Shown here piece after piece: positions 26,381 to 40,346 of a stretch of DNA of 64,000 nucleotides (position 1 is its first letter; every line of letters starts with the position of its first letter). The notes beneath the pieces were generated by a model. It ran no database searches. It was not told the DNA's origin and saw only the letters and a program-made list of their open reading frames with translations. Made by a program: the position numbers and the translations under genes. The stretch is from Lytechinus pictus (lineage: Eukaryota), in NCBI RefSeq assembly GCF_037042905.1, contig NC_087252.1, forward strand, positions 15,564,001-15,628,000, read 5' to 3'.

Positions 26381-27499
26381 ATAGAGGTATAAGTGAAATG
26401 CAGGGGTGAGAAAATAGAAGGTAGGAAGGGAGGGTATTCTTCTCTGAAATAAGTGTGGCCTGTAAAAAGACTCTAAACCAGAACAACAAAGATGGAATAT
26501 GCAGAAGTGGTTTAAGGTGCACCATGTTGCGAGTCCTAGGAGTAAGACAAGAAAGAAGTAGAAGTGAAATGGAGAGGCGAGAAAATGAATAGTTGGAATG
26601 TGGACTATTCTTCTCTATAATGAGTATAGTCCGTAAAAAAACCTCCAAACCAGAAAAGATGAGAGGCTTGAGTACAGGTAGTAGGAAAGATGAGAGAAGG
26701 CGGGCTTGAGTCGGTGAGTGGGGTCGCAGAGAAGGCATTTTGTAAAACAAAGCAAATTGGGGTCTCTACTCTAAATGGGTAATTGTATATACATGGTTGA
26801 TCAAAAAAGGACATTCAAATTAATAAATTAAATCTGGTTAACATTGAATGCCTTGAAGAACATTCAGAATTAATACTTGATTTGTGTTTTGGGGATATTT
26901 TCATTTTATATACATAAACAAATGCATTCTACTAGGACACCAGTCACAAGTTGATGTTAACTGGACCTTAATATTTAATGGTCTCTGTGGAGATCCCTTT
27001 TCTGTACCCGGTCTTCTCAGGTAACGCAGGCCATGGTGCGGAAAAGAACCCTCCGATGACTCACTTATACCAGTTAATTTGCATAGATGCGCGACAAAAC
27101 AAACCTGGCCATATCCGCTGAGCAAAACAAGCTCTCATTTGGAACCCTTTACCTTGTCCAAAACCTGAGATAATTTACCTCACCTGTGTTTTTACAGCTA
27201 AACGCCGCTCCAGTCCTCTCACCTTAATTTGAGGGGTTGATGTATTGGGAGGTTATCCGGGCCGGTTACTGACGGAATTGATCGGCCCCCACAGACTCCC
27301 CATGGACCCACCTGCTTCATTAGGTGTTGGCTGAAATCAGCCTTTAAGCATAACCTTAATGCTTGGGTTAAGATTGTCTGTCCAACCTCGTGGCTTGCAC
27401 TGCACTGTGTGTCTCCCATGTTGTGTGTACTTTTTTTTAAAGTTTGTAATGATTGTGTTGTTAGTGCTAAGCTATTTTGTTCAATAAGACACCAGAGGA

Positions 27500-27795
27500 T
27501 TGGAAAAGAGAGAGAGAGGGAGGGCGGAGGGGAGGGGGGAAAAGGAAGGGAGGAAAGAAATAAAGAAAGAAAGAAAGAAAAGGGATAAGGGCAATAAGAC
27601 GGAGAGATTGTGAGAGGAAAGACCTAGAAGGGAAGAAGAAAGAGAGAGCAAGTGGTAGAAGGGGTAAATGGAAAGAGGGGAAGAGAGAGGGGAAGAGAAG
27701 GATGATAAGAAACAGAGAGAAGGATAAGTAAAGAGAGAGGGGGAAGGGGGATAAGGAATAGAGAGAGAGAGAGAAGATTAAAAGAGGGGGAGTTA
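27500..27795. repeat. Purine-rich (GA) low-complexity tract
   Basis: Seen directly. Confidence 0.9.
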
Positions 27796-28369
27796 AAGAC
27801 AGCAACTGATTAATAAACATTTAAACTTTATTGATTGACATGAGGAAAGAATCACTCTATATTGTTTAGAATCAGGGAATCCTCTCACTATCTTCATTAG
27901 ATGTTAAACTACCAAGATTGAAATCTAAAAGGTAAACAACTTTTTGAAATGATTAATATCTTTTTCTTATATTTGAATACAGCTCCTAATAAGGATATTG
28001 TATTTACCTTTGCTTCATATCTTCCTTTCTTTGTGTTTATTATTTGAGGTTAATTTTTTAATGTTTTCAATTGGTGACTTCTCTTCAGAAAGTTCAACTT
28101 TATGAAATGTTTGTAATTTTAAATTCCAATGATGCAATGTGACTGTTTTTACCCACATCTGTATTTATTAATCTTCATTTCAATTTTTTCTCCTTCACTC
28201 TGGCTGGATCTGATATCATAATGATCAATCACCTATACAGGTATGTATGTTAATGATATATATTGTATGTTAAAAGTCATAATTGATGTTTGTTAGTTTG
28301 TGTATGCCTGTATCAACTGTGTTTGTTGTATTTTTTTATGTTTTAGTTCATTAAGGTCTAAATCTTCAC

Positions 28370-28640
28370 TCCCAGTGTTTTTATATGAACCTACCAATGT
28401 TTCGTTAAAATTGCATGCAATTTTGTTTAACAGTTGGTCAGTTCATTTTTCAACCAACTTTTGGATTGGTTAACACATTGTTGATAGTGTATACACTGGA
28501 ATATTGCCAACTATTTATGATTTAAATATGGAAGTAAAATCTATTGATGGTCTCGGAAATATATCAACCAACCTCTAAGTTGGTTGAAATATGAACCGAC
28601 TAATGTTGGTTAAAACAATATTGCTTGCAAAAAGAATGGG
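28370..28640. mobile_element. aaccaac/gttggtt-motif MITE remnant
   Basis: cagttggtcagttcat...aaccaact is shared with 24590-24655, 50205-50403 and 57040-57100. Confidence 0.55.
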
Positions 28641-30654
28641 ATACACAAAAAAAAATATGAGAGTGTATTATTTCCAGTTAAATATTGTGTATCCACTATT
28701 GCCCCTTGCTCTCGGCTTTTTACTCATTAACATATAATTTATCTTTGCTCTATATACAGCTCATATCTATATCCATTCTATGATAATGTATCACAAAGAG
28801 AATTGCATTCATTTAAAAGAAATTATGTATTTTAATACAAACGGCCATACACAATCAAAATGCAAATGTTATTTGGATATTATAAGTTGATTGGTGAAGC
28901 CTCTTTAACATATAACAGGACATAGCAAAGTTATGAGCAAAATGTGTTCCATGCTTGAGGGTTGCTTATTTATTTTTAATGCATATTTTTACCGACCCCT
29001 TTCAACAAAATTGCTTTTAATTATCTTCCTATCCCTCAAAGAATTACTGCCTAAAAAAAAATTGATTTTCTTTTACTTTTTTTTTAATGTTTATCTTGTT
29101 TTAATTTCTATTATTATTATCATCATTCATTTATTTATTTATTTATATTATTATTACTGTTTTATTATTATAATTTTTTTTTTGGGGGGGCAGTATTCTT
29201 TAATTTCACCCTTGTTTTTAACTCCTTCCTCTTCTGCTCATTTATACATGTATGTGTATACATATCATTCCTATGTATTGTATTCAGAAGTTGTTATTAT
29301 GACATCATGTGCATTATCATATTGTCCCTTTATCTATTACCTCACTTTACATATACTTATCAATTGAAAATACATGAATTGGATTGAAATGTTCATGATC
29401 TATTTCATTCCCTGTAGGGAAAATATTGAATTGATTTTTTTCGTATTACATATGTTTTGTATGACCTTAATTTTTTCGGCTATGTTAATCGATAGACTAC
29501 TGATTGAAAACAATCACTTCCAAGCTCTTGCGGCCAATTGCACCATAGATATTTCCAAGTTGAGATGTATAGAATTCTTCTCACCACACTCCATAGAGTA
29601 CCACCTATCCTATTACAGCGTCTCATCGTCCTTTCTGCCTTAACACATATTTTCATCAATCGTTCAATTATCAGCGACAAAAGCACATCACAATGACGAC
29701 CACAACACTTAGATATGTAAATAAGTCAGATCGGAGACTGCATTAAGTGGCATATATCTTTACTTTCAACCTTTTTGCTTGGCAGAACCCCCCCCTCCCC
29801 TCATGATTTTGAGGTCATAGATTTCCTGTAAAACCTTCCAGGTATGTCCTCGGCGACCAGGTAGACAAAAATCTCGAGAAAATTTGCATGAAATCCCCCT
29901 CCAACGGTTTCAAGATGTGGGGACGAGATGCAAAAGACGGATCTATTGTGTGAGTCAGAGGAGACGTTTGGCGCCAATCGCCACTCGATAAAATCAATTA
30001 ATAGGAATGCTCACAAATTCCCACTGTTTTTGCCCAAATGGTGGTTGAGGTGTATTGTAAAGGGAACAGTCAAATGATAAACTTTTCTGTAGGATATGAG
30101 TCATTGTATGATGTTAATCTTTAAGTCTAGACCCTTCTTTGAAATAAATCATCTTAGAATTAGGGCTTCTACCATTCTTCATTCCTTTTTTCCCCCTCTC
30201 ACACTGTATCTCTCTCTTTTACTCTTTATCTTAACTTGTCATAAAAGGGGTGGAGGTTTGTGGGGCAGTGGGCCACGCCTGATTAGGTTTATTAAAAGAA
30301 TCGGTTGGAAGGGATTCGATTGGGTTGTTGTTTTGTCCGGGTGATGCGGTCGTCGTTTTGCACGCTGGTTAGAAGGCCAAGGATGCGTTTACGGTATCAA
30401 TGATTGCACCGAGCACGCTTGGCTGGGCGATCACCGAAACGTAGACCCGAAAAAGATGTGTCATGGTATGTCATGAGCAAGAAATGAGCATCTTACGTTT
30501 GAAACTTAAATCTGAAGAAAAAAAAATCCTTCGACATCACATCTCGATTGATAGTCATTCTATACAGCATAGATGGACCCACAGTCGTTTGACTTTGTCA
30601 ATTTGGTAGTTTTAACTCTCTTTTATTTGAGCTCTCAATGTGAAGTACTTACTT

Positions 30655-31045
30655 ATTAGTTGAAGTTTTTCCATTACAGTCAAGGTGAAAAGTTTAATTG
30701 AGAATTAAATGATTAAGTTGATAAAGGTTAGGTGAAAAGTTAGTTTAAGAGGTGAAATTTAAGCTAAGAGATTAAATAGTTTACTTAGGAGATTAGGTGA
30801 AGAGTTGAGTTGAGAGGTTATAGGTGAAATAGTTTAGTTGGGAAGTGAGGTAAAAAACGTAGTTGAGAGATCAAATAGTTTATTTGAGATGTTGGGTGAA
30901 AGTTTAGGTGTGAGAGTAAATAGTTTAGATGAAAGGTTAAGGTAAAGAGTTTAGTTGAGGGATTGAACAGTTCAGTTGAGAGGTGAAATAGTTTCGTTTG
31001 GAGGTGGATGACAAATTGAGGTGAGAGGTATAATTGAGAGGTAAC
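30655..31045. repeat. Degenerate minisatellite with agttgagagg/tgaaatagttt units
   Basis: About 15 or more imperfect units of roughly 19-25 bp. Confidence 0.75.
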
Positions 31046-32395
31046 ATATCTTTTACTTAACCTTGTTGGTATGAAGTAAGGTTCACAATCTTTTAAGTAA
31101 AAGTGTAATAAATTACATATTTTTTAGATGAAAACTTTCAATAATTGATCTTATACACTGTAGTCATATACACATCACATAACTAAACAATCATATTCCT
31201 CACAATGTCTGTGAAATCGTCATGACAGTTAATACGTCATAGGAAAGATAGGAATGAGATCAGATAGAATCTATGGGGGAATGCAGTCAAAACATATTGT
31301 CCATCTTCATTTTCTGCTTCATATAGTAAGGAAACCAGTAAGGAACTTCAAACTCGATCTCTTACTCCCTCTCTTTCTCTCTCTCTCTCTCTCCCTTTCT
31401 ATCCTTATCTCATGTTCTCTATCTGTCTCGTCTTTGCCATTGCATTCTGCTTCGTTAACCCAAGGAGAGTCTCTAGATGACTCAAAGTAAAAAGCAATAA
31501 GGAATATTCTTTAATAAAAATAAAAAATTGTGAGTGTATAACGATTTTCCGTGTTTTGTGAAGCGATAGAAACAAGAAATTTAAAGAAAAAAAAATCTTC
31601 ATGAAATTTTTTGAAAATATATCTCATCTCATCTCTCTTTTTGATTTCTCTATCCATTTCTTCTGGAATTTTTTTCTCATTAGTTTTCTTTCTCTCTCTA
31701 ATCCTGCATTACTTCTTCATTATTTCATGCCTTGCCTGCCATATCTTCTAATTAATTCAAGATAATCCTTATGACTCAATATATATGGGGTACACCCTTA
31801 ACCTAGTTAACCATGCCAGCCACACATAATTGCCCTCATTAAAACTTCTAATGAATGAGCCAAGGCTAGAGTCTGGATGTTTTTTTTTTCCTTTCTTCTG
31901 TCACTTTAATACCTTGCCTGATTTAGCACTAAGGTCAAATCAGGAATTCATTTGAATTTCGTGTACTTACTCTCGAAATCAGCTCAAACCACTGGAACAT
32001 TTTCCCCATGCACTACTGATCTTTCAGTCTGCTTCCCAGACAACATTAAAGTACAGTCCCATATATTGATATTCTTGCGGTATACTTGTTGCATGTATGC
32101 AGTACATGGTGTTGATGCGGTAATTGTAGTCTTGTGTCATGGAATAACAACATTCTATTTGTTTGCTCTTTCTTTTTATTCATTCTTATTTACTTCATTG
32201 ATTGCATTCCTCTTTATTTTTTTTAATGAATTGATTTTTGGTCCTTTTACTTTCACTTCTTAATAGAAATTAAAACATTTCTGTAGGGTTGGCATGTTTG
32301 AGGGTTTCAATTTTACATTTTCATTCTAAAAATCAATTACCAAGATATGAATAATATTTTTCTTTTCCGGTCTGCACAATCTGAAAAAGACAATG

Positions 32396-32612
32396 CCACC
32401 GCAAAAACTAAGGTGTTCACCAGTGTGTGTGTATATAGACACTAGTCATTTTACTCCAGTGTTAGTTTGACACCCATGGGTGTTATTACAACACATTTGG
32501 GTGTTACATTAACACTGATTGGTGTTTTGTTTAAAGTATGAGGTGTAATTTTGACACCTTAGGATGTGGTCCTCGAGGGATATGTCAGTTTTAACACCCA
32601 TTTTTTTATGCT
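32396..32612. mobile_element. taacacc/ggtgtta-motif MITE
   Basis: Collinear with 21590-21895 and 1840-1993. Confidence 0.55.
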
Positions 32613-32779
32613 GTCCTAAAGAATTAATTACCAAGATATAAACAATATTTGTTTTTTTAGTTTGCCCAACATGAAAACACAATGGAAATATAAAGTGTTC
32701 ATTCGATTTTCTATGAAGGCGATTCCATAAGAGCGTTGAATTCCACTGAAAGCTTGTTCCCTTTTAAGGCAGGTCATTT

Positions 32780-33746
32780 TTTGTCTCACCTGCATAGCAG
32801 AGTGAGACTATAGGCGCCGCTTTTCCGACGGCGACGGCGGCGGTGGCGGCGACGGCGGCGTCAACACCAAATCTTAACCTGAGGTTAAGTTTTTGAAATG
32901 ACAGCTTAACTTAGAAAGTATATGGACCTAGTTCATGAAACTTGGCCATAAGGTTAATCAAGTATTACTGAACATCCTGCCTGAGTTTCATGTCACATGA
33001 CCAAGGTCAAAGGTCATTTAGGGTCAATGAACTTAGACCATGTTGGGGGAATCAACATCAAAATCTTAACCTAAGGTTAAGTTTTTGAAATGTCATCATA
33101 ACTTAGAAAATATATGGACCTAGTTCATGAAACTTATACATAAGGTTAATCAAGTTTCACTGAACATCCTGCATGAGTTTCACATCACATGACCAAGGTC
33201 AAAGGTCATTTAGGGTCAATGAACTTTGGCCGAATTGGGGGTATCTGTTGAATTACCATCATAACTTTGAATGTTTATGGATCTGATTCATGAAACTTGG
33301 ACATAATAGTAATCAAGTATTACTGAACATCCTGTGCAAGTTTCAGGTCACATGATCAAGGTCAAAGGTCATTTAGGGTCAATGAACTTTGGCCAAATTG
33401 GGGTATTTGTTGAATTACAGCCATAAATTTGAAAGTGTGTTGGTCTAGTTCATAAAACTTGGACATAATAGTAATCAAGTATCACTGATCATCCTGTGCG
33501 AGTTTCAGGTCACATGATCACGGTCAAAGGTCATGTAAGGTCAAAGAACTTTGGCCACGTTGGGGGTATTTGTTGAATTGCCATCATATCTCTATAAGTG
33601 TATTGGTCTAGTTCATAAAACGTGGAAATAAGAGTAACCAAGTATCACTGAACATCTTGTGCGAGTTCTAGTAGTTTTCAAAATCAGCACTGCTGCTATA
33701 TTGAATCGCGTGATGCAGGTGAGACGGCCAGAGGCATTCCACTTGT
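32780..33746 (+). mobile_element. Helentron-associated non-autonomous element (HINE/DINE-1-like) with an internal tandem array
   Basis: Subterminal IRs gtctcacctgc (32783) / gcaggtgagac (33715), a 5' inner IR gtgagac, a (GGC)n microsatellite, and 5 units of about 162-193 bp containing aggtcaaaggtca. Both ends are T-rich. Confidence 0.8.
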
Positions 33747-34559
33747 TAAAATTTCCATTTCTGATTTCCATTTTGTAATTAGGAAGCATTTAACATATAA
33801 AAAACACAATTTTCATTATTGTTTTACCTATAAGATGTCCTTTATAACTAGCAACATAGGCAACAAATGAAATGTTTGAAGTATCATGGGGAATATTCAA
33901 GGTTTTAGTCTGCAATAATAGGGATGATTTGAAAGCTATTTCCACTTTGAAATACATTCCAGGCCAATTTCCACAATATTTTTATTATTGTAATGAAATC
34001 TTTAAATTGATTCCAAAAAATAGGGGAAGAGCAGTACATCTTTTATGTATTCAAGTAGCAAAAGATCAATTTGATGCGATCGTGTCCCGGTGCCTTGCTG
34101 TAATGACCAGCTCCTAAAATAATTTCAGTTTCCCGGGGATGAAGCGCATGAGCCCCGTGGGGACCGACCCCGTCACTCACAATTTGGTTGCGCCCTCGTG
34201 GTCGCAGTGAAGCGTGCTCGCAGGAGAGCGCCGTCCGACCGGGCAGTAGCGGGGGTTTCGCTGCTGGTACATCTCCCCCGAGTGCATTCATTGCGCTACG
34301 CATTGTGCTGCTCATCCCAAACTACACGTATGAGAGGAATTGTTGAAGGCATTATGATATGGTGCTAGATAAAAAAAAATTGAAGGAGTGAATTATTAGA
34401 GCATGTGGAATGAGAAGGAGAAAGATATAGGAAGTATGTGTTGGTATTGAATTACTATGAGTATTAATATGAGTCATGCCACACTGATTTAAAGGAGCTG
34501 CTTTAATTTGTTCTATTAATTTGCCATTTTCATGATGTGATATATAGCTGGGTAAAATA

Positions 34560-34685
34560 GATACAGTAGATGGATAGATAGTCAGATAGATAGATAGATA
34601 GATATTGAGGGAGATAGAGAGAGATAGATATAGATAGACAGATATTGAAGAGAGAGAGATACATAGAGATACATAGAGATAGGTA
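34560..34685. repeat. (GATA)n/(GA)n simple repeat
   Basis: Seen directly. Confidence 0.85.
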
Positions 34686-35360
34686 AGTATATTATTATAG
34701 ATAACTGATTATTAATTTTTTTAAAATTTGATTCTGTCAATGAAATATTGAATTTTCTCTTACAATCTTAAACCAAAATGAGGCAATTATGCAAAATGCC
34801 TTATCTTGTTTATCGAAACCCCATTTTATGGGGGAAACAGAATAATTATATTGCAATGGTCTAAATATATTAATATTTAAAAGATGTTAGAAAAAAAAGA
34901 AAAATGAAATGAAGAGTTCATAGTTTGCATTGTGATTCATCGTGATGGTGGCTTGAAAGTACAAACAGAAGAAAAAAATTCAAGTCCAGCATTGCCGTGT
35001 GTAATTGTTTAGGGACTTTAAAATATTCTCTGAAGGTTTTCATGAGTGGTCTTATTTACCAACCGTTTTGTTTTGCTTGTGTTAAAGGTATGGGAGATTA
35101 TGCTTATAAATTTGAAGCAAGCAGCTGAAAGTACGTTCACATTTAAAGAATTACTTACCCTTCGGGGTTTTTTTTATGTGCGTTTCTAGTTTGGACTAGT
35201 GAAATGAGCAACTCTTGCTAATAATGATCAAGTATGTAATTATTCATGTGACTAATTTTATTTGCCTGCATACCACATGATTTGCATAGATAAGTTAATA
35301 TCATATGTATATAGATTTTTCCTTTATTTGATACTAGTTTATTAAGTTGATGTTGTGGCT

Positions 35361-36164
35361 GAGTGAACATGCTGTGAACAGTCACACTGTTTAGGTGTCC
35401 ACAGTGTGAGAATGTCTTCACATGCTTAAAATTGAGCATTTTAACAGTGTGAATAATGTTTTTACATAGTCCACACCATGTGAACATACTGTGAACAGTC
35501 ACACTGTTGAGGTGTCCAAAGTGTGAAAATATTTTTACGCTTAAATTTAAGCATTTTAATAGTGTGAATAATGTTTTTACATAGTCCATACCATGTGAAA
35601 ATGATGTTAACAGTTACACTGTCGAAGTATCCACAGTGTGAAAATATCTGAAATTTGAGTATTTAAACAATGTGAATAATGTTTTTACATTGTCCACTAT
35701 GTGAACACACTGTGAACAGTCACACTGTCAAGGTATCCACAGTGTGAACATACCTCCACACTGTTGAATTTGAGCATTTTAACAGTGAATAATATTTCAC
35801 ATAGTCCACTATGTGAACATACGAACAGTCACACTGTCGAGGTATCCACAGTGTGAAAATATCTTCACACTGTCAAATTTAAGCATTTAACAGTGTGAAT
35901 AATGTTTTTACATAGTCCACACCAAGTGAAAACGTTGTGAAAAGTTACACTGTGGAAGTGTCCACAGTGTGAACATATCTCCACACTGTTGAATTTAACA
36001 GTGTGAATAATATGTTCACATAGTCCAATATGTGAACACACAAACAGTCACACAGTCGAGGTATCCACAGTGTGAAAATATCTTCACACTGTTAAATTTC
36101 ACATAGTCCACTATGTGAATACACTGTGATCACACTGAGTGACACTGTGTTCTTACCAACAGGG
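35361..36164. mobile_element. Second copy of the 17258-17659 family, with about 7 tandem units of 105-117 bp and the left end missing
   Basis: Units start near gtgaacagtcacactg at about 35374, 35491, 35607, 35712, 35823, 35937 and 36042. The right end ...gtgatcacactg.gtgac.ctgt...caggg is shared. Confidence 0.8.
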
Positions 36165-36929
36165 ACAATTGAAATAATCATTTAAGAAACAAGAATGAAT
36201 AAAAAGCGGTAGTTTAACAGACCCTGAAGATGGCGATCCCTAGTGGTAGGGGCGCTTCCTCGCATCAATAGTTCCGGAAAACAGCGTGAGGAGGAAGTGA
36301 TAGGAGATGGTGGATGGGAAATTGGTTGCCCCCCTGGGGTTGCTAGGAGGGGTAGGAGAAGGAGGAGGATGACGATGATGATGATGTCATCTCCTCCTCA
36401 TATATGAATCATATGATTCAACTTTATTCTGTCAGTGGAGCCGTCATTTCCCAGCCTATATCTTGTTTATGTTGTCCACCTTTATTCCTCTCATTCTTTA
36501 TCAATAATTACTATTATAAGCCAATTCGCATGATTTGAGCAGGAAAATAGTTTTTACTATTACCTTGATAAAAAAAACCTAATTGAAATGTAGATTAATA
36601 TTGACTTCCTTTTCATTTGAGTAATTTTAATGAAAATAATTGCCCTCAGAAATTTGGGGAAATAGGACTATAGTGTTAAGATCATTCAAGTGCAATTGTT
36701 TTTCTTTATGCACACATGGACAGTCAGTATACTATAGTTATTTTCATATTGTTGTTATCATCATCATCATTTTCAATACAATTACTGTATTTTTTTTCTA
36801 TTTGAAAACTATATTAATTTATTTTTATTTATTGTTTGTGTATTTGTTTGTTTATTAATATTCATTTTTCTTGGGGGTGTCAGCTTTTCACATGTTGATA
36901 TAGGGTCTTACTGTTTCCATTGTACTGCA

Positions 36930-37055
36930 TGCTCTCTCTTTATTTCTCTCTCCTCCTCTTTTTATCTCTCTCTATCTCTCTTTTTCTCTCTCTATCTCTC
37001 TTTATTTCTCTCTATCTCCCTTTATCTCTCTCTATCTCTCTTTATCTCTCTCTTG
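36930..37055. repeat. (CT)-rich tandem repeat with ttatctctctct units
   Basis: Seen directly. Confidence 0.85.
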
Positions 37056-39106
37056 ATGACGGGCTGTCATGATGTCGGTCAATGTAGGTGCATAAGTATG
37101 TCAAGTATACATACAATTTATTCTTTGACTCCCAAAGGGGAGGGTACTTCTTATCAAAGATGACCACTTTTGTAATCTAAAGACGGTTTGTCTTCTTGAG
37201 AAGGACTTCTTATTCAATTTGTATGTTTTATTGCTTTCTTTTAACCCCCCCCCCCCCTCTCATCGCTGCCCTCCATTCTCTGTTTATGTGCTCATCATTC
37301 TGAATCTGCCTTCTGTTTGATTCCTTCATTCCTAATAATGTTGTGTGCTAAAGACTAAGAAGGCAAAGAATATTCCTATTATTTGTATCTTCTGTTTGCA
37401 AGAATTGTTTTTCCTCAAAGATATAAAACGCTTACCTCTGGAAAAAAAAATCTCTTTTCTGTTTTGTCTTATGTGCCTCTTTTAATCTGAGGATTTACCC
37501 ATACTCCTGAGATCAGAATAGAATTCATCTGACCTTTCCGAATGAAATCTTACGACCTGAATTTTGCATTCCTTATTGCCAAGTCATGTTTTGCACCCAT
37601 TTTGACCAGCCGATGGTGTGAGGCAAAATTCGGCGCATAACTTGTGTTTGTAGGAAGCGATCGATAACATCCTTCGCCTTTTATGCTTTTAAAACAGACC
37701 CCCGATAGCTAGTCCCAATTTATCCTGTATGAGAGTCATTTGTATGCCAAGGTGCGACTGGAAAAATCATTTAAACGTCATTAAAAAGGGCGTCCCACGA
37801 CCCAGTGAGCCGGCTGGAAGCGTGAGAGGGCCATTCTCCCGCACGACTCCGCTTTTATCTCGCCTTATTTTGAAAAGGGGGCCCAGGCGTCGGCGGTAAA
37901 TCAATTTTCTTCTGCCTGCCTGATGGAGGGGCAACGATGCGCATTTCTCTTCTCAAGTGTTTGTCCATCTTCCTCTGTAAAGTGAGACCGTTACCCAAGA
38001 TGCACCACGCCATCGTCGACAAAACAAAAGACACCAAGAGGCGGAGAGAAAAAAAAGGAAAATCTTTGATGGTATTCAGCAACAGGTCTGCATATCTCCC
38101 CCGGTGCCGCTCCATTTACATACATCTATTAACCCACTCTCTCCTACTTGTTATCCAGAGACAAAGTTGTCTTATCATTCTTTTGCCAAAGTCTTAGCTC
38201 TTTACCGGAGTTCACCCTGCCCAATCTACCGCTGTCGCGTGGCACTTGGAGAATGCAGATTTGATGTTTCCTATTCGAATTAGCAAAAGTCAACATTCTC
38301 GGCAATGTCTGGAGACGTCCAGATGCATGCCAGTTCACGATAGTTCTTTTTTTTTTTTATGTGCTACTTTGGAAGGAAGTGTGGATGGTGATTTTACTTG
38401 ATGCTTTTAAAGGGAAAGTTCACCATGAGGATATTTTGGTTGTAAGTAAAACAGGAAAATTAGAGGAACATAATGGTGATGGTTTGTTGAAAATCCATCA
38501 AAAAATAACAAAGCTATGTGTAAAAGATACACAAGAGATTTAACACCATAAACTAATAAAAAACATTTGAAAAAAGCCTTTCTTATTTCCTTGGTCAAAT
38601 CATCCCAAATTATCAATAATACTCTTTATGATACAATTTTCCGCCACAATAATTGAGAGATTCCATAAAAAGATTAGATTCTTGTGCCAATTTGGTATAC
38701 GAGACTAGTTCAATATCTACTATAGATCGGGTGAATACATAACTGAACCTGATTAAATGGGATTGAACAAGATTAGATTTGATTTGATTTGTTTGAATTA
38801 GAATGAATTCGATCTGGAAACATTAAAAAAGAGTTAAATAGAATTAAAATGAATATTTGTATAAACTTAATCCTTCCACAAATCTGACATTGCTTTAATT
38901 TGACTCAAAGGTGTCATATATGAGCAGGTGTTCCTGCGCATACGGGAAAGTGTCTTGTGGACTTTCATTTGGAAAGTTTTCCTCCCTAAATCAATCAACA
39001 CAAGCATCTCTGTCATATTTCTTGATCTGATGAAAAATAGGGAATTTTCTTTTTAGTTTTAATTCACTGCACAGTCAAAGCTCATTTGTTGAGAGCATGC
39101 TTCTTG

Positions 39107-39485
39107 GTGGCTGTTTCATAGGTGAAACGGCATTTGCTCGTGCGACAATTGCTCCTGGCGTAATTTCATCTAATATTTAGATTTAGGGTTGTAATAGGGT
39201 TTTATGTTAGGTTTGGTATAGGGTAAAGTGTTAAACCAAGAGTTGAAGTTGGCCATTTGATTAGTGTGTGGAATTTAGAGTGGAGCAATTGTCATTGGAG
39301 CAAATGTCATGGAACCATTTAATAAAGCTGTGTGTAAGTTATGAATGACTTTACGCAAGACTGGTGACCCTTTCTTGAGCTAAATTATATATCCCTATGT
39401 AACTGACTTACCACCTGAGATCATGTTCCAGTCATGTGTAAAGTCGTGTATAAGTTTACAAACACCTTTATAAAACACCAACCAG
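39107..39485. mobile_element. Degenerate family-A-like MITE interrupted at about 39121-39316 by a different MITE
   Basis: The host reads ggtggctgtttcata|...|ataaagctgtgtgtaagtt...ttataaaacacc. The insert has IRs catttgctc..gacaattgctcc / ggagcaattgtc..gagcaaatg and internal taggg motifs. Confidence 0.65.
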
Positions 39486-40346
39486 TTACCAAGAACTTTG
39501 ACTCCCTTTCAGACTTATTTACTAAAGCGGTCGTCACAAACAGAGAATAGTAATATGTTTTGAATCACTGATTCACATGTTCATCAGCATGTTTATCAGT
39601 TTGGCACAGACCAGAAATAGAATATTTACTGAAATAGGTGAAAGTAAACCACCCTTCTCTCTCTCTCTCTCTCTTGAGATTGCCCTCGCTCATTCAGTCT
39701 TCGACTACGGTACATTGGTTCGAACAAGATCGATTTAGCAGCCAATATAGCATGCTGAACCTCGTCCTCCTAACCCCAAGGCAACCCTCTGCCACATTCG
39801 GCCGAGGACTTGTTTAAACTCAGCCATTTTGTTTAACCCTTACTAAAAAATGGTGGTGTGAAGAAAGACCTAGGAGCCATCTTGTTTGATTTGCAGAAAG
39901 ACACTCTTAAAGTTTTCAACTTTGTTAGAGTTGAAGCTTGGCCTTCTTGTATTAACTGTTCATCTACTGACCTCATATACTTGTAGAACACCCTGTGCAC
40001 TCTAACACAGAAAAGGTGGAAAAGGATGGAAAGAATGCTAGGAAGTCGTTTTTTACCATCCTTTTTTTAAATGATGTCATTCCTCAGCCCTTTTAAGAGG
40101 TCATTTGCCCCTTTCCACCCTCTAAATTTATCAGAGTAGAGTGTACCTTGTTGAACCCAATTAGAAAAAAAATTAACAAAATAGTGAAAAGTTTAAACAA
40201 GTGGCCAAATTGTTGGAGGCCCAGACATCATCACAAAATGATTGACCAGGGTATACTGTCTATATCACAGTTTCAAACCATCATGATGTACTAATGCAGA
40301 TATGTGGATTAAAACCTAAGAAAATACTCTTACAGAGGATTTTATC

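Noticed and set aside
30338..30436. Long-range pairing ggtgat...atcacc in a GC-rich island
   Set aside because: The stem is short and interrupted, and is not distinguishable from chance at this GC content.
39175..39230. Telomere-like TTAGGG variants
   Set aside because: Only a few degenerate units, located inside a MITE.
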